A DNA stretch of 64,000 nucleotides from an uncultured cyanobacterium. GTDB taxonomy: Bacteria; Cyanobacteriota; Cyanobacteriia; CAKZMO01. Location of the stretch: contig CAVRCJ010000017.1 in the NCBI GenBank assembly GCA_963719515.1, positions 88,455 through 152,454 of the forward strand, read 5' to 3'. Below, piece by piece: positions 1 to 11,959 of the stretch (position 1 is its first letter; the number at the start of each line of letters is the position of its first letter). The position numbers and the translations under genes are program-made. The notes under the pieces are model-generated. The model searched no databases. It had not been told where the DNA came from and was given only the letters and a program-made list of their open reading frames with translations.

Positions 1-204
1 TCCTCGGCAGACACGACCCACCGATCGGCTCCATTGAGCGGTTTCCGCGGGGCTGAGGCGGCGTCTGGGCGCTGAAGGACGCAGCGATATGCGGAAGGCG
101 GTCAGGCGCTGGAGACCCGTCGCAACGACAAAGGGCCGCGCTAGGGCGATCGCGGCCATGGCTAGAAGCAGGCCTGCCAGCCCAAGGGCAATTCGCGCAG
201 TCAT
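1..204 (-). CDS. Partial hypothetical protein running off the window start; hydrophobic N-terminus
   Basis: ATG at 204 with an open frame to position 1 (MTARIALGLAGLLLAMAAIALARPFV...); directly downstream of and co-oriented with the acetyltransferase gene. Confidence 0.45.
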   Translation of the reverse strand, partial: MTARIALGLAGLLLAMAAIALARPFVVATGLQRLTAFRISLRPSAPRRRLSPAETAQWSRSVGRVCRG

Positions 205-241
205 CAGTCTCACAGCAATACTTTCCCCAAGGCCAACGTTA

Positions 242-871
242 TCATCTGCATGCCAGAAGGGCATGAATGTCACCACCGCAGATCGCGCCCAGATTGCGAG
301 TAATTTTCTCGATGTCCCAGTGCCACCACTGAACAGCTAATAGGGTGGTGATAGTGTCTTCATCAAATCGCTTGCGAATCTCCTTTGCCGGGTTACCGCC
401 GACAATCGAGTAAGGCTGCACCGACTGGGTCACCACCGACTTTGAGGCTACGATTGCCCCGTCGCCAACCTCGACCCCTGGCATTAACGTTGCCCCGTAG
501 CCAATCCAAACGTCATTGCCAACGACAGTATTGCCCTTATTGGGCCAATCCTCAGGCATCGCCGCTTCCCAGCCCTGGCCAAAGACCGGGAAGGGATAAT
601 TGGTGAACCAGTCGGTGCGGTGATTGCCGCCGTTCATAATGAATTTAACACCGGAGGCAATACAGCAGAACTTGCCGATAATCAGCTTATCGCCGACAAA
701 GTCGAAGTGGTAGAGGACGTTGCGTTCGAAGTCTTCTGGACGATCGGCATCGTCGTAGTAGGTGTAGTCTCCGACAGTAATATTGGGGTTGGTGACAACT
801 GCTTTTAGATAGACGAGCCGCGTTTGGCCGGCTATCGGGTGCTTGGTTTCTGGAGAAGGACCGTAAGCCAT
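242..871 (-). CDS. Vat/CatB-family xenobiotic O-acetyltransferase (hexapeptide repeat)
   Basis: NITVGDYTYYDD, LIIGKFCCIASGVKFIMNGGNH, VGNDVWIG, IVGGNPAKEIRKRF and WWHWDIEKI motifs. Confidence 0.9.
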   Translation of the reverse strand: MAYGPSPETKHPIAGQTRLVYLKAVVTNPNITVGDYTYYDDADRPEDFERNVLYHFDFVGDKLIIGKFCCIASGVKFIMNGGNHRTDWFTNYPFPVFGQGWEAAMPEDWPNKGNTVVGNDVWIGYGATLMPGVEVGDGAIVASKSVVTQSVQPYSIVGGNPAKEIRKRFDEDTITTLLAVQWWHWDIEKITRNLGAICGGDIHALLACR

Positions 872-1014
872 AGGATATCTCTCGCTGCGATCGCGCCAGG
901 CTTGTATTTACAGCTTTGGCCGCATTGCCTAGGACAATATCGTGGGCTCAAACCTCTACATCGCATAGGCAATGCGGCGCGCAAATGACCTAACGCTTAA
1001 TCTGCTCATAGCGC

Positions 1015-1047
1015 AAAAAAAAGTGGGAGATTGAATCTCCCACTTTT
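1015..1047 (-). terminator. Rho-independent terminator of clpC (possibly bidirectional)
   Basis: Inverted repeat AAAAGTGGGAGATT-G-AATCTCCCACTTTT with an 8-nt U tract on the minus strand, ~60 bp past the clpC stop. Confidence 0.85.
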
Positions 1048-1105
1048 CACTGTATTGAGGTTACAGCATTGAGGCTGCGCTAGCCAAAGCTAGTAGAAGC
1101 CGGCG

Positions 1106-3598
1106 CTATTCAGACCCTTGAGGAAGCAGCTCGCGCTCTTCACCCTGCTGAATTGTCACCTTGCCGTCCTCATCCACATCAACAACGGCGGCATCGCCAT
1201 CGCCAACGCGGCCCGACAGGATTTCCTCGGCCAGGGAGTCTTCTAGCAGCCGCATGATGGCACGGCGCAGCGGTCGGGCTCCGTAGCTGGGATTGTAGCC
1301 TTCCTCCACCAGACGGTCCTTGAACCGCTCGGTGACCTCCAGCTGAATGCCCTGCTCCAGCAGCCGATTGAAGACTTCCTTGAGCAAGATGTCCGAAATC
1401 TCCTTGACCTCGTCCTTCGTCAGCTGACGGAAGACAATGATCTCGTCGATTCGGTTCAAGAACTCAGGGCGGAAGTATTGCTTCAGCTCTTCGTTCACCA
1501 GGGAGCGGATGCGGGTGTATTGGGCATCGGCCTGGTTCTCAGAACCAAACTCGAAGCCAAGACCCGTGCCGCCTTTCTCAATCACCTTCGAACCGATGTT
1601 CGAGGTCATGATTAAGAGGGTGTTCTTGAAGTCCACCGTCCGGCCCTTGGCGTCGGTCAGGCGACCGTCTTCAAGGATCTGCAACAGCATGTTGAAGATG
1701 TCGGGGTGAGCCTTCTCAATCTCATCAAACAGGACCACGGTATAGGGGCGACGACGCACGGCTTCGGTAAGCTGTCCGCCCTCGTTGTAGCCCACATATC
1801 CCGGCGGTGAGCCGATGAGCTTGGAGACCGTGTGACGCTCCATATACTCCGACATGTCGAGGCGAATCATCGCATCTTCAGAGCCGAAGAAGTAGGAGGC
1901 CAGGGCCTTGGTCAACTCTGTCTTACCGACGCCTGTAGGGCCGGAGAAGATGAAGCTGGCGATAGGCCGGTTGGGGTTTTTGAGGCCAACGCGGGCCCGG
2001 CGGATGGCGCGAGACACGGCCTTGACCGCCTCGTCCTGGCCGATAAGCCGCGTGTGGAGGGTATCCTCCATGTGGAGCAGCTTCTCGGACTCGGACTCGG
2101 TGAGCTTGTTCACCGGGACACCGGTCCAGGACGCCACAATGTGGGCAATATCCTCTTCGGTGACCACAGGAGACGTATCGCTGCTCCCTTTCTCCCCTTC
2201 AGCCGCCTCGACCTCTGCCTTGCGGCTTTGGGCGATCGCCCGAATCTCAGCCTTGATCTCCATCTCCCGATCGCGCAGTTCTCCGGCGCGGTCGAAGTCC
2301 TGAGAGCGAACGGCCTCGTCCTTGTCTTTGAGGACCTGACGCAGCTCCTTGTCGAGCTCCTTCGCCGCCGGGGGCAGCTGAGAGTTGATCAGACGCACGC
2401 GGGAGCCCGCCTCGTCGATCAGGTCAATGGCTTTGTCGGGCAGGAAGCGGTCGGAGATGTAGCGATCGCTAAGTTTCGCCGCCGCGTCTAGAGCCTCGTC
2501 AGAGATGCGCAGCTTGTGGTGCTGCTCGTAGCGGTCCCGCAGGCCGTGGAGAATTTCGATGGTTTCATCCACCGAAGGCTCGCCCACCATCACCGGCTGG
2601 AAGCGCCGCTCTAGGGCTGCGTCCCGCTCGATGTGCTTGCGGTACTCGTCGAGGGTGGTGGCCCCGATACACTGCAGCTCTCCCCGCGCCAGCGCGGGCT
2701 TGAGAATGTTAGCAGCGTCAATGGCCCCTTCTGCAGCCCCCGCGCCGATGAGGGTGTGCACCTCGTCGATTACCAGAATGACGTTCGCCGCCTGGCGAAT
2801 TTCATCCATGATTTTCTTGAGGCGCTCCTCAAACTCACCGCGATACTTGGTGCCTGCTACCAGCAGACCGATATCGAGGGTGACAACGCGCTTCTCCTCG
2901 AGAATGTCGGGGATGTCGTTGTTGGAGATTCGCTGAGCTAAACCCTCGGCGATCGCGGTCTTACCCACACCCGGCTCACCGATGAGAACAGGGTTGTTCT
3001 TAGTCCGGCGACCCAGAATCTGGATAACGCGCTCAATCTCTTTTTGACGGCCCACCACTGGGTCAAGCTTGCCCTCAGCGGCCATCTGGGTGAGGTTGGA
3101 ACCAAACTCATCCAGCGTAGGGGTCTTAGTTCGACCCTGTCCGCCGCCTGCAGAGACTTCAGCCGTCTCGCCCAGCATGCGGATTACCTGGGTGCGGACC
3201 TTGGAGAGGTCAACGCCCAAATTCTCCAGAACCCTCGCGGCGACGCCCTCGCCCTCGCGAATTAGGCCCAAGAGCAGGTGCTCTGTACCAATGTAGTTGT
3301 GACCAAGCTGCCGGGCCTCCTCTAAAGACAGCTCTAAAACTCGTTTTGCCCTGGGGGTGAAGGGGATTTCAACCGCAACAAACCCAGAACCACGTCCGAT
3401 AATTTTCTCAACCTCGATGCGAGCGTCCTTAAGATTGACCCCCATCGATTTCAAGACTTTGGCGGCGACTCCGGTACCTTCTCCAATCAGACCCAAGAGA
3501 ATCTGCTCGGTACCTACAAAGTTGTGCCCGAGGCGACGTGCTTCCTCTTGGGCGAGCATGATCACCTTAATGGCTTTTTCTGTAAAGCGTTCAAACAT
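1106..3598 (-). CDS. clpC: ATP-dependent Clp protease ATP-binding subunit ClpC
   Basis: [31 protein letters not shown] start; two Walker A motifs ([16 protein letters not shown]); UVR-type middle domain; GARPLRR. Confidence 0.98.
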   Translation of the reverse strand: MFERFTEKAIKVIMLAQEEARRLGHNFVGTEQILLGLIGEGTGVAAKVLKSMGVNLKDARIEVEKIIGRGSGFVAVEIPFTPRAKRVLELSLEEARQLGHNYIGTEHLLLGLIREGEGVAARVLENLGVDLSKVRTQVIRMLGETAEVSAGGGQGRTKTPTLDEFGSNLTQMAAEGKLDPVVGRQKEIERVIQILGRRTKNNPVLIGEPGVGKTAIAEGLAQRISNNDIPDILEEKRVVTLDIGLLVAGTKYRGEFEERLKKIMDEIRQAANVILVIDEVHTLIGAGAAEGAIDAANILKPALARGELQCIGATTLDEYRKHIERDAALERRFQPVMVGEPSVDETIEILHGLRDRYEQHHKLRISDEALDAAAKLSDRYISDRFLPDKAIDLIDEAGSRVRLINSQLPPAAKELDKELRQVLKDKDEAVRSQDFDRAGELRDREMEIKAEIRAIAQSRKAEVEAAEGEKGSSDTSPVVTEEDIAHIVASWTGVPVNKLTESESEKLLHMEDTLHTRLIGQDEAVKAVSRAIRRARVGLKNPNRPIASFIFSGPTGVGKTELTKALASYFFGSEDAMIRLDMSEYMERHTVSKLIGSPPGYVGYNEGGQLTEAVRRRPYTVVLFDEIEKAHPDIFNMLLQILEDGRLTDAKGRTVDFKNTLLIMTSNIGSKVIEKGGTGLGFEFGSENQADAQYTRIRSLVNEELKQYFRPEFLNRIDEIIVFRQLTKDEVKEISDILLKEVFNRLLEQGIQLEVTERFKDRLVEEGYNPSYGARPLRRAIMRLLEDSLAEEILSGRVGDGDAAVVDVDEDGKVTIQQGEERELLPQGSE

Positions 3599-3956
3599 GG
3601 TGTTCCTTCATCACCTGCTGCAGTGCGGCATGCTGATTCTAGCATAGGCAAAAGTCTCTGGCTGCTGCTCTGAGCCACCAGACGTCACAAAATGTAGATA
3701 GATACACCCCAAAAAGATCTTTGTCCGGCTTAATTCACCCTTAGCGTCTACATAACAATTAAAAAAGGTTTGGCATCAACCTTCCCGAAGGAAATATTGG
3801 AGAGGAACGCCGGCCAAGTCAAGAGATATTGGTAATGCTGATGAATGCAGGCGACTAAGCTTATGGGTTGAGCTTATAGGTCGACGCCTAGGGCCTTGAC
3901 GCAGCTAAGCCAGCTTAAAAGGGGCGCAGGAAGCCAGTTTCCTCTAGCTCTTTAGA

Positions 3957-4586
3957 TCAGACGTACTCGGATGAATCAGGGGATGATGTAGTCGTTCTAG
4001 GCGATCGCAAACGCCACTCACCCTGCCTCAATCGAGATAATGTCTGCTGATGCGAGCGATCTAAAATGGCTTCAAACTCCGGCGTCTGCAATCCCTTTCG
4101 CCATAGGATAAGGGCGTCCTCCCCGGTATGGGGATAATACCGCCGCCGCCGGCCTAAGGCCTGAAATTCAAAGGCGTCGTATAGACTAATCGCGGCAGAG
4201 TTGCTGGCCCGCACCTCTAGGGTCGCCCACTCCTGGCCGCGCTGTCGCGCCCACTCCAGCATCCCGCCCAGCACGGCCTGCCCAAAACCCTGGCGACGAT
4301 ACTGGGGATGGACAGCCAGGATAGTGATGTGGGCTTCCTCACAGATGGCCCAGAGACAGCCAACGGCGAGGAGTTTGGGAATATTGGACGCCGAACCTGC
4401 CGCTAGCTCGCTTGGCGCGGGTTCTGTGGGTCCTTGGTCGACCAAGCCCACAAGAATACTGTTGGGACTATCGATCTCGCGCTCGTAGGCATCTTGAGAC
4501 CACAGTCCGCCAAAGCACTGCTCGTCTAGCTGGAGAATCTCGGGTAGAAAATCGCAAGTTAACGGCGTAAGCTGAAGAAATCTCAT
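3957..4586 (-). CDS. rimI: Ribosomal-protein-alanine N-acetyltransferase (GNAT)
   Basis: EAHITILAVHPQYRRQGFG, TLEVRASN, RRRYY...EDALI; typical cyanobacterial position between clpC and lysA. Confidence 0.9.
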   Translation of the reverse strand: MRFLQLTPLTCDFLPEILQLDEQCFGGLWSQDAYEREIDSPNSILVGLVDQGPTEPAPSELAAGSASNIPKLLAVGCLWAICEEAHITILAVHPQYRRQGFGQAVLGGMLEWARQRGQEWATLEVRASNSAAISLYDAFEFQALGRRRRYYPHTGEDALILWRKGLQTPEFEAILDRSHQQTLSRLRQGEWRLRSPRTTTSSPDSSEYV

Positions 4587-4713
4587 ACCTGCGATTTACG
4601 CTCTCGATTGCGGCACAATCCTGTTACGATGCATTGTTTGACTACGGTGCATTAAGTCCGCGAACTTTGTAGCCAATACCCTCACAAGCCAACGTATCTG
4701 CAGCCCACGCCCT

Positions 4714-6105
4714 ATGGTATCCACTCCAACCGTATCCCTCCAGTCTGGCCTCGACTATCTATCTGAACCCTTCACCAGCGCCTCTGTCAATCGCTCTTTG
4801 CTCCCCCTTACGGCCCGCCGCAATCAGTCCGATCGCTTAGAAGTTGGCGGCTGCGACGTGGTGGAGCTAGTGAAATCGTTTGGGTCACCCCTCTACATTT
4901 TGGATGAGGTGACGCTGAGGCGGGCCTGTCAGCAGTACCGCAACGCCTTCCAGTCGCACTACGCAGGTGAGTCCCTCGTGATCTATGCCTCAAAGGCGTG
5001 GAACTGCTTGGGGGTCTGCGCCATTGTGGCGAGCGAAGGTCTAGGGATCGACGTCGTTTCGGGCGGAGAACTGTTTACGGCCCTGGAGAGCGGTTTTGAG
5101 GCCGACAAAGTTTATTTTCACGGCAATAATAAGTCTCAAGAAGAAATTGAGCTTGCCCTGCGCGCTGGCGTTACCCTCGTGGTAGATAACTGGCTGGAGC
5201 TCAAGGCGATCGCGATCCTCGCCGAGGCCAGCGACCCGGTGCGCGTCCTGCTGCGCATGACCCCCGGCATCGAATGCCACACCCACGAATATATTCAGAC
5301 GGGGCACATAGACAGTAAATTTGGCTTTGACCCGACCCAGCTAGACGACCTGCTGGCGTACTTTGAGACCACGCCTCAGGTCGACTGCATCGGCCTTCAC
5401 GCCCACATCGGCTCCCAGATCTTCGAGCTGCAGCCCCACCGAGACTTGCCCGAGGTAATGGTGCAGTGGATGGTTGAGGCGGCTCAGCGCGGCCTGCCCG
5501 TGAGAGAGCTAGATATCGGCGGGGGCCTAGGCATTCGCTACACCGAATCCGATGACCCACCCACCATTGAAGAGTGGGTAGAAACCGTGAGCAAGGCGGT
5601 AACCGCAGCCTGCAGCGCCCACGGCTTTCCGCTGCCTAAGCTGATCTCAGAACCGGGGCGATCGCTCATTGGCACGGCCTGCATCACCGCCTACACCGTT
5701 GGCAGCCAGAAGGAAGTCCCCGGTACCCGTACCTATATCACTGTGGACGGGGGCATGTCCGATAATCCCCGACCCATCACCTACCAGTCCGCCTACTGCG
5801 CTCTGCTAGCTAACAAACTGTCACACCCCTACACCGAGACCGTCACCATTGCGGGCAAGCACTGCGAGTCGGGAGACGTGCTGATTCGAGACGCCGCCCT
5901 CCCGCCGTCCAGCAGCGGTGATATTCTAGTGGTGATGGGTACAGGGGCATATAACTACAGCATGGCCTCTAATTACAACCGAATCCCGCGGCCTGCCGCA
6001 GTTTTGGTGTGTGATGGCACTGCCGAGCTGATTTTGCAAAGAGAAACCTACCAAGATCTCGTTCGGCAAGACCGCCTGCCGTCAAGGCTAAAGCGTGGGA
6101 ACTAG
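4714..6105 (+). CDS. lysA: Diaminopimelate decarboxylase
   Basis: YASKA PLP lysine, SKFG, HAHIGSQI, EPGRS, GKHCESGD, GAYNYSMASNYN. Confidence 0.97.
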   Translation: MVSTPTVSLQSGLDYLSEPFTSASVNRSLLPLTARRNQSDRLEVGGCDVVELVKSFGSPLYILDEVTLRRACQQYRNAFQSHYAGESLVIYASKAWNCLGVCAIVASEGLGIDVVSGGELFTALESGFEADKVYFHGNNKSQEEIELALRAGVTLVVDNWLELKAIAILAEASDPVRVLLRMTPGIECHTHEYIQTGHIDSKFGFDPTQLDDLLAYFETTPQVDCIGLHAHIGSQIFELQPHRDLPEVMVQWMVEAAQRGLPVRELDIGGGLGIRYTESDDPPTIEEWVETVSKAVTAACSAHGFPLPKLISEPGRSLIGTACITAYTVGSQKEVPGTRTYITVDGGMSDNPRPITYQSAYCALLANKLSHPYTETVTIAGKHCESGDVLIRDAALPPSSSGDILVVMGTGAYNYSMASNYNRIPRPAAVLVCDGTAELILQRETYQDLVRQDRLPSRLKRGN

Positions 6106-6180
6106 CGACAGACCAGCGACAAACCGTTGACGGATATGTCATAGTTTCCGCAACGGAGCGGAATTATTCAAGCATTCTCC

Positions 6181-7128
6181 ATGGGAGCATTCTTAAAGCA
6201 ATGGCTAGCAAACCTTGGCTGGACTCAGGCCTTGCTTATCCATGCGCTTGATATTGGGCTAGTTTTGGTACTGGCCTACATGGTGCTGGTCGTTATTGGG
6301 GAGCGACGAACGCTGTGGATGGTGCGGGGCTTGATCGTACTGATGTTGTCAGCGGCCCTCAGTGAAGCCGCTGGGTTCGAACTCCTAAGCTTCGTCTTAG
6401 AGAAACTGGTGATTGGCTCCGCTGTTGCCATGGCGTTTATCTTCCAGGCTGAGTTTCGTCGCCTGCTCGAACAGCTAGGGCGGGGTGAACTGCTGCAGCT
6501 GTTTCATCCGGTGCGCGAGGTGATCTCTAAGCCGGACGACGTCATTGATGAGATTGTGGAGGCGGTCAAAAACTTATCCCAAAATCGTATCGGGGCGCTG
6601 CTGATTATGGAGACTAACCGTCCCATTGACGAGAGCGATTTCTCTGTCTCCGGCGTCCGGCTCAACGCTGAAGTCTCCCGCGAGCTGCTGCAAACGATTT
6701 TTCAGACGTCTACGCTGCTGCACGACGGTGCCGTTTTGATTCGCGACTCCCGCGTCATCGCAGCCAGCGTTATCTTGCCGATTTCTGAGCGGGACGCCTC
6801 CCGGCAGTTGGGCACTCGCCACCGGGCGGCAATGGGCATTACGGAGCGGGTTGAGCACTGCCTCTGTGTGGTGGTGTCTGAGGAAACCGGCTCAATTTCT
6901 ATCGCCGAAGGGGGAGCCTTGAACCGTCCCCTCACCAGCAGCCGGCTCAAGGAGCTTCTGCGCGAGCGATTTACGCAGACTACGGAGCGAGAGGTCGTGT
7001 CGCCCCAGCTGCGGAGTTTGGGTCGCCGGCTGGGAAACCAGCTCCGCGGTCTACTGTCGCGGGGAATTCGCTTATTGTCTCAGCCCCAGCCTCGGGGACG
7101 GAGTAAGCGAAAATCAAAGCGAGGCTAA
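6181..7128 (+). CDS. cdaA: Diadenylate cyclase (c-di-AMP synthase)
   Basis: Three N-terminal TM segments; LHDGA and GTRHRAA catalytic motifs; VVSEETG; lysA-cdaA-uppS order. Confidence 0.93.
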   Translation: MGAFLKQWLANLGWTQALLIHALDIGLVLVLAYMVLVVIGERRTLWMVRGLIVLMLSAALSEAAGFELLSFVLEKLVIGSAVAMAFIFQAEFRRLLEQLGRGELLQLFHPVREVISKPDDVIDEIVEAVKNLSQNRIGALLIMETNRPIDESDFSVSGVRLNAEVSRELLQTIFQTSTLLHDGAVLIRDSRVIAASVILPISERDASRQLGTRHRAAMGITERVEHCLCVVVSEETGSISIAEGGALNRPLTSSRLKELLRERFTQTTEREVVSPQLRSLGRRLGNQLRGLLSRGIRLLSQPQPRGRSKRKSKRG

Positions 7129-7228
7129 CATTGGGTGTGAAGGAATCTTCAAGATCGGCGTATTTTGAGGAAACGGGCCAAATCCACTTGTTAAGTTAGA
7201 GCGGGAATAGCGATTCTTGGGAGATATC

Positions 7229-7984
7229 ATGACGGCAAAGCAGGCGGCTTTATTAAATCTACCAGCGGATTTGAAGCGAGAGCGCTTACCGAAGCATGTG
7301 GCCGTCATCATGGACGGTAATGGGCGGTGGGCGAGCCGTCGAGGGATGCCCCGCAGTATGGGACATCGCCGAGGCGTAGATACGCTCAAGGAGATGCTGC
7401 GCTGCTGCCACGACTGGGGTATCGACGCGCTAACGGCCTATTCCTTTTCAACCGAGAACTGGAGCCGCCCTTTAGAGGAGGTTGAGTTCTTGATGGCCCT
7501 ATTCGAGCGGGTACTCCGTCAGGAACTAGCAGAGCTTGTGCAGGAAAACGTCAAGATTCGATTTGCCGGCAATCTAGACGAGCTGCCGCCTTCACTGCGC
7601 CTTGAGATTGAGCAGTCTATGGTGGCGACCCAAGACAACAAGGGCATTCAGTTCACAATCGCCAAAAATTACGGTGGGCGTCAAGAAATCGTCCAGGCTT
7701 GTCGAGCCGTTGCGCGCCAGGTGGCTCAGGGGAAGATGTCCCCAGAAGATATCGATGAGGCGACTTTTGAACAGCATCTCTATACGGCGGGCACTCGCCA
7801 CCCCGATCTGCTGATTCGCACCAGCGGCGAGATGCGCCTCAGCAATTTTCTTTTATGGCAGACCGCCTACGCCGAGCTGTATATCACCGACACCCTATGG
7901 CCAGACTTTAACCGAACGGAGTTTCACCAGGCATTGCGGGACTATCAAAAGCGCGATCGCCGCTTTGGCGGCGTCAAAGCCTAG
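7229..7984 (+). CDS. uppS: Isoprenyl transferase (undecaprenyl diphosphate synthase family)
   Basis: [50 protein letters not shown]. Confidence 0.96.
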   Translation: MTAKQAALLNLPADLKRERLPKHVAVIMDGNGRWASRRGMPRSMGHRRGVDTLKEMLRCCHDWGIDALTAYSFSTENWSRPLEEVEFLMALFERVLRQELAELVQENVKIRFAGNLDELPPSLRLEIEQSMVATQDNKGIQFTIAKNYGGRQEIVQACRAVARQVAQGKMSPEDIDEATFEQHLYTAGTRHPDLLIRTSGEMRLSNFLLWQTAYAELYITDTLWPDFNRTEFHQALRDYQKRDRRFGGVKA

Positions 7985-8129
7985 CCGGCACTCCCTCTCC
8001 CGAAAGAATCCCAAATAGGCGGCCCTGCTGTAGAGTACAGACTGTTAAAACTAAGCTGGGGAAGTGAATTTCCTTTCATTTGAAAGGCTCCATTTCCCAA
8101 CTGCAAACGCCAAACGGGACTTTTTAGGG

Positions 8130-9095
8130 ATGGAAACGCGACTTCTTGGTTCGTCAGACGTCACAGTGACGCCCATCATTTTGGGCACCTGGCAGGCTGG
8201 AAAGACCCATTGGGTAGGCATTGAAGACAGCGAAACCACAAAGGCTATCCGGACGGCATTTGACGCCGGCATCACGACATTCGATACGGCGGAGGTCTAC
8301 GGTAGCGGTCACTCTGAGGAGATTGTAGGGCAGGCGCTCGCCCCCATTCGCGACCAAGTCGTGATTGCAACCAAAGTTTTTCCCAATCATCTGCAATACC
8401 CAGAGGTGATCCGCGCCTGCGAGAATTCCCTCAAGCGCCTGCAGACGGACTACATCGACCTCTATCAAATTCACTGGCCCGCTGGTCGCTTCAATAGCGA
8501 AGCGGTGCCCATTGAAGAGACCATGCGGGCCCTCGACGCCCTGAAAACCGCGGGGCAGGTTCGCGCGATTGGGGTATCGAACTTCTCAGAGGAGCAGATT
8601 GCCGAGGCGGCGCAGTATGGCCTGATCGACAGCCTGCAGCCTCCCTACTCGCTGTTCTGGCGGCAGGTGGAGGAAGATGCCATGCCCTATTGCGTCGAGC
8701 ACAACATCGCTATTCTGGCTTACTCCTCCCTGGCTCAAGGGCTATTGACGGGTAAGTTTGGCCCCGACCACCAGTTTGAAGAGGGAGACATTCGCCGTAA
8801 GAACAAGCTGTTTAAGGGGGAGGTCTACCAGCGGGCCCAAGCCGCCTTAGACGAGCTTCGCCCCATCGCCGATCGCTACGGCTGCTCTCTAGCCCAGCTG
8901 GCGATCGCTTGGCTGATTCGGCAGCCGCAGACTAGCGCCATTGTCGGGGCTCGTAACGCCGAGCAGGCTGTCCAAAATGCTCAGGCCGCTGAAGTCTCGC
9001 TCTCAGACGAAGACGTCAGCGCTATCGACCGCATTGGCCAGCAGGTTACCGGCCTCTTGGACCCTGACCCAGTAATGTGGGATTTCGCGGCCTAG
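8130..9095 (+). CDS. Aldo/keto reductase
   Basis: FDTAEVYG, LQTDYIDLYQIHWP, IGVSNF, YSSLAQGLLTGK. Confidence 0.92.
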   Translation: METRLLGSSDVTVTPIILGTWQAGKTHWVGIEDSETTKAIRTAFDAGITTFDTAEVYGSGHSEEIVGQALAPIRDQVVIATKVFPNHLQYPEVIRACENSLKRLQTDYIDLYQIHWPAGRFNSEAVPIEETMRALDALKTAGQVRAIGVSNFSEEQIAEAAQYGLIDSLQPPYSLFWRQVEEDAMPYCVEHNIAILAYSSLAQGLLTGKFGPDHQFEEGDIRRKNKLFKGEVYQRAQAALDELRPIADRYGCSLAQLAIAWLIRQPQTSAIVGARNAEQAVQNAQAAEVSLSDEDVSAIDRIGQQVTGLLDPDPVMWDFAA

Positions 9096-9312
9096 TCACG
9101 CTTCAGCGCTGCTTCTCGGCGGCAAACCCCACAGCAGCATTACGGTTCGCCCCCCTGCACGTCACTGGGGCCCTGCCTAAACTAAGAACATAAGGATTAT
9201 GCAGTAGCGGCTCGCGATTCAAGCGATCGCTTCACTAAAAGCCGGTCTTAAACCCGTTTTGGTTGAGACCGTTGACCGTAAGGGCCAGCCAGGTCAAACC
9301 GTCCAGTCTGTG

Positions 9313-9328
9313 GTTCGGTAACCCCTCC
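9313..9328 (+). promoter_or_regulatory. Putative K-box upstream of dnaK
   Basis: GTTCGGTAACCCCTCC matches the cyanobacterial K-box consensus GTTCGG-NNAN-CCNNAC with one mismatch, ~130 bp upstream of the dnaK start. Confidence 0.6.
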
Positions 9329-9456
9329 TTCAATAGATAGAGCTGCAAACGCAGTATAGAGGGAGGTCTCCCCAGCTGGGAGAGGTGCAAAGCCCGTGAG
9401 TTATTGGTTGCTAAGTCCAAATTTGATTAATCGCAGTAGACCGGAGTATTGATTGT

Positions 9457-11376
9457 ATGGCAAAAGTTGTTGGCATTGACCTAGGAACAACCAATTCCTG
9501 CGTGGCCGTGATGGAAGGCGGTAAGCCGACTGTAATCGCTAACGCAGAAGGATTTCGCACGACCCCCTCTGTTGTCGCCTACACAAAGAATGGCGATCGC
9601 TTAGTAGGGCAGATTGCGAAGCGTCAGGCCGTCATGAACCCTGAGAACACTTTCTACTCAGTGAAGCGGTTTATTGGTCGTCGCTTTGACGAAGTTTCCA
9701 ACGAGATGTCCGAGGTGACCTACCAGGTCAAAAACGTTAGCGGAAACGTCAAAATTGAAAGTTCAGCCAAAGGTACAGAGTTTGCGCCAGAGCAAATTTC
9801 TGCTGAGGTGCTGAGAAAGCTCAAAGAAGACGCCAGTAAGTACCTGGGAGAGGACGTAACCCAAGCGGTAATTACCGTTCCGGCTTATTTCAACGACTCT
9901 CAGCGTCAGGCCACTAAAGATGCAGGAAAGATTGCGGGTCTTGACGTCCTGCGGATCATCAACGAGCCCACGGCAGCCTCGCTGGCCTACGGCCTCGATA
10001 AAAAGAGCAACGAGACCGTGCTGGTATTTGACCTAGGCGGCGGTACCTTCGACGTTTCCATCCTTGAGGTGGGCGACGGCGTCTTTGAGGTTCTCTCTAC
10101 TTCAGGCGACACGCACCTAGGGGGTGACGACTTTGACAAGAAAATCGTTGACTTCTTGGCTGCAGAGTTTCAAAGCAACGAAGGCATCGACCTGAGGAAG
10201 GACAAGCAGGCCCTACAGCGGCTAACGGAAGCGGCTGAGAAGGCAAAAATCGAGCTGTCCAGCGTGACTCAGACCGAAATCAACCTGCCTTTTATCACCG
10301 CGACTCAAGACGGTCCTAAGCACCTCGACATGACGCTGACCCGCGCCAAGTTTGAGGAACTTGCCTCTGACCTGATCGATCGCTGCGGCATCCCCGTTGA
10401 GAATGCTCTGCGCGACGCCAAGTTGAGCAAGAGCGATATCGACGAAGTGGTCATGGTGGGGGGTTCCACACGCATTCCTGCAGTCCAGGGTCTCGTCAAG
10501 AAGATTCTAGACAAAGACCCCAACCAGTCGGTCAACCCAGACGAGGTTGTGGCCGTAGGTGCCGCCATTCAGGCCGGTGTGCTGGCGGGCGAGGTCAAAG
10601 ACATTCTTCTGCTAGATGTGACCCCCCTGTCTCTTGGGGTGGAAACTCTAGGCGGCGTCATGACCAAGATCATCCCGCGCAACACCACCATTCCCACCAA
10701 GAAGTCTGAGGTCTTCTCCACCGCAGCCGATGGCCAGACTAACGTCGAGATTCACGTCCTACAGGGCGAGCGCGAGATGTCGTCTGACAACAAGAGCTTG
10801 GGAACCTTCCGTCTAGACGGGATTCCTGCTGCGCCTCGAGGCGTGCCTCAAATTGAGGTAACCTTCGACATTGATGCCAACGGTATTCTCAACGTTCGTG
10901 CGTCTGACAAAGGCACCGGCAAAGAGCAGTCCATCAGCATCACAGGCGCATCCACCCTGCCACAGGATGAAGTGGAGCGTATGGTGAAGGACGCGGAGTC
11001 GAACGCATCAGCTGACCAAGAGCGGCGTGAGCGGATCGACCTCAGAAACCAGGCTGATTCTCTGGCTTACCAGACCGAGAAGCAGATGAGCGAGCTGGGT
11101 GACAAGGTTCCGGCAGACGATAAGACCAAGCTGGAGGGCATGATCAAAGACCTCCGTGAAGCGGTTGCCAGCGAAAACTACGACCAGATCAAGGCGCTGA
11201 CCACGGAGCTTCAGCAGGCGTTCTACAGCGTCAGCAGCAGCCTGTATCAGCAAAGCGCGGCGAGCGAAGCGGGTGAGCCTGATGCGCCTAGCGCAGAGGC
11301 CACTGATGCGGATGCTGGTTCCTCTGAAGGGGGAGACGAGGTGATTGACGCTGAGTTCTCTGAGACCGATAAGTAA
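9457..11376 (+). CDS. dnaK: Molecular chaperone DnaK (DnaK2-type)
   Basis: [38 protein letters not shown]-terminal VIDAEFSE. Confidence 0.98.
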   Translation: MAKVVGIDLGTTNSCVAVMEGGKPTVIANAEGFRTTPSVVAYTKNGDRLVGQIAKRQAVMNPENTFYSVKRFIGRRFDEVSNEMSEVTYQVKNVSGNVKIESSAKGTEFAPEQISAEVLRKLKEDASKYLGEDVTQAVITVPAYFNDSQRQATKDAGKIAGLDVLRIINEPTAASLAYGLDKKSNETVLVFDLGGGTFDVSILEVGDGVFEVLSTSGDTHLGGDDFDKKIVDFLAAEFQSNEGIDLRKDKQALQRLTEAAEKAKIELSSVTQTEINLPFITATQDGPKHLDMTLTRAKFEELASDLIDRCGIPVENALRDAKLSKSDIDEVVMVGGSTRIPAVQGLVKKILDKDPNQSVNPDEVVAVGAAIQAGVLAGEVKDILLLDVTPLSLGVETLGGVMTKIIPRNTTIPTKKSEVFSTAADGQTNVEIHVLQGEREMSSDNKSLGTFRLDGIPAAPRGVPQIEVTFDIDANGILNVRASDKGTGKEQSISITGASTLPQDEVERMVKDAESNASADQERRERIDLRNQADSLAYQTEKQMSELGDKVPADDKTKLEGMIKDLREAVASENYDQIKALTTELQQAFYSVSSSLYQQSAASEAGEPDAPSAEATDADAGSSEGGDEVIDAEFSETDK

Positions 11377-11459
11377 GCTCTGCTAGAAAGAGGCTGGCTC
11401 TACGGGGGCATACGAAGTTATGCCTCTGTGGATGAGCAAATGTTTGACAAGTGATCTAG

Positions 11460-11487
11460 AGGAAGGGGCGCAGTGCCCCTTTTTTCT
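11460..11487 (+). terminator. Rho-independent terminator after dnaK
   Basis: AAGGGGC-GCAGT-GCCCCTT followed by a T run. Confidence 0.75.
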
Positions 11488-11503
11488 TGGGAATTTTTGT
11501 TGG

Positions 11504-11911
11504 CTAGACTAAGCGCTGCCTGAGATTGGCCGAAACCATATCGATGATGGCAACGGTCACGCTCAGGATAATCATGATGGTGCAGACTTCTTGGTACTCA
11601 AAAGCGCGAAAGTTCTGGTAGAGGGAAACGCCGATGCCCCCAGCGCCGACAATCCCTAAGACTGCGGCGGAGCGAACGTTTGATTCAAACCGATAGAGAG
11701 TGAACGAGGTCCACAGAGGGACAACTTGAGGGATTACGCCAAAGGCAATTTCCTGCACCTTGCTGGCTCCCGTCGCCCGGATGCCCTCCACCGGGCCAAC
11801 TTCGATGGCCTCAATGGCTTCCGAAAAAAGCTTTGCCAGAATGCCTGCTGTATGAACAAACAGCGCTAACACTCCGGCAAATGGTCCAAGTCCGACGGCC
11901 ACAACAAAAAT
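11504..11911 (-). pseudogene. phnE: 5'-truncated phosphonate ABC transporter permease (C-terminal half of PhnE)
   Basis: [46 protein letters not shown] are present; the N-terminal half is absent and there are no phnC/phnD neighbours. Confidence 0.75.
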
Positions 11912-11959
11912 TGGGCAGTCCTAGAGAGACCTCGTTGGGGCGACGTTTCTGCTACGGGC

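Noticed and set aside
1..204. Lasso-peptide B2/transglutaminase-like identity for the partial ORF
   Set aside because: Only a vague N-terminal resemblance; any catalytic region lies outside the window
1437..3647. Long antisense ORFs over clpC (likewise over dnaK, suf and other genes)
   Set aside because: Shadow ORFs expected from GC-rich codon bias; no recognisable motifs
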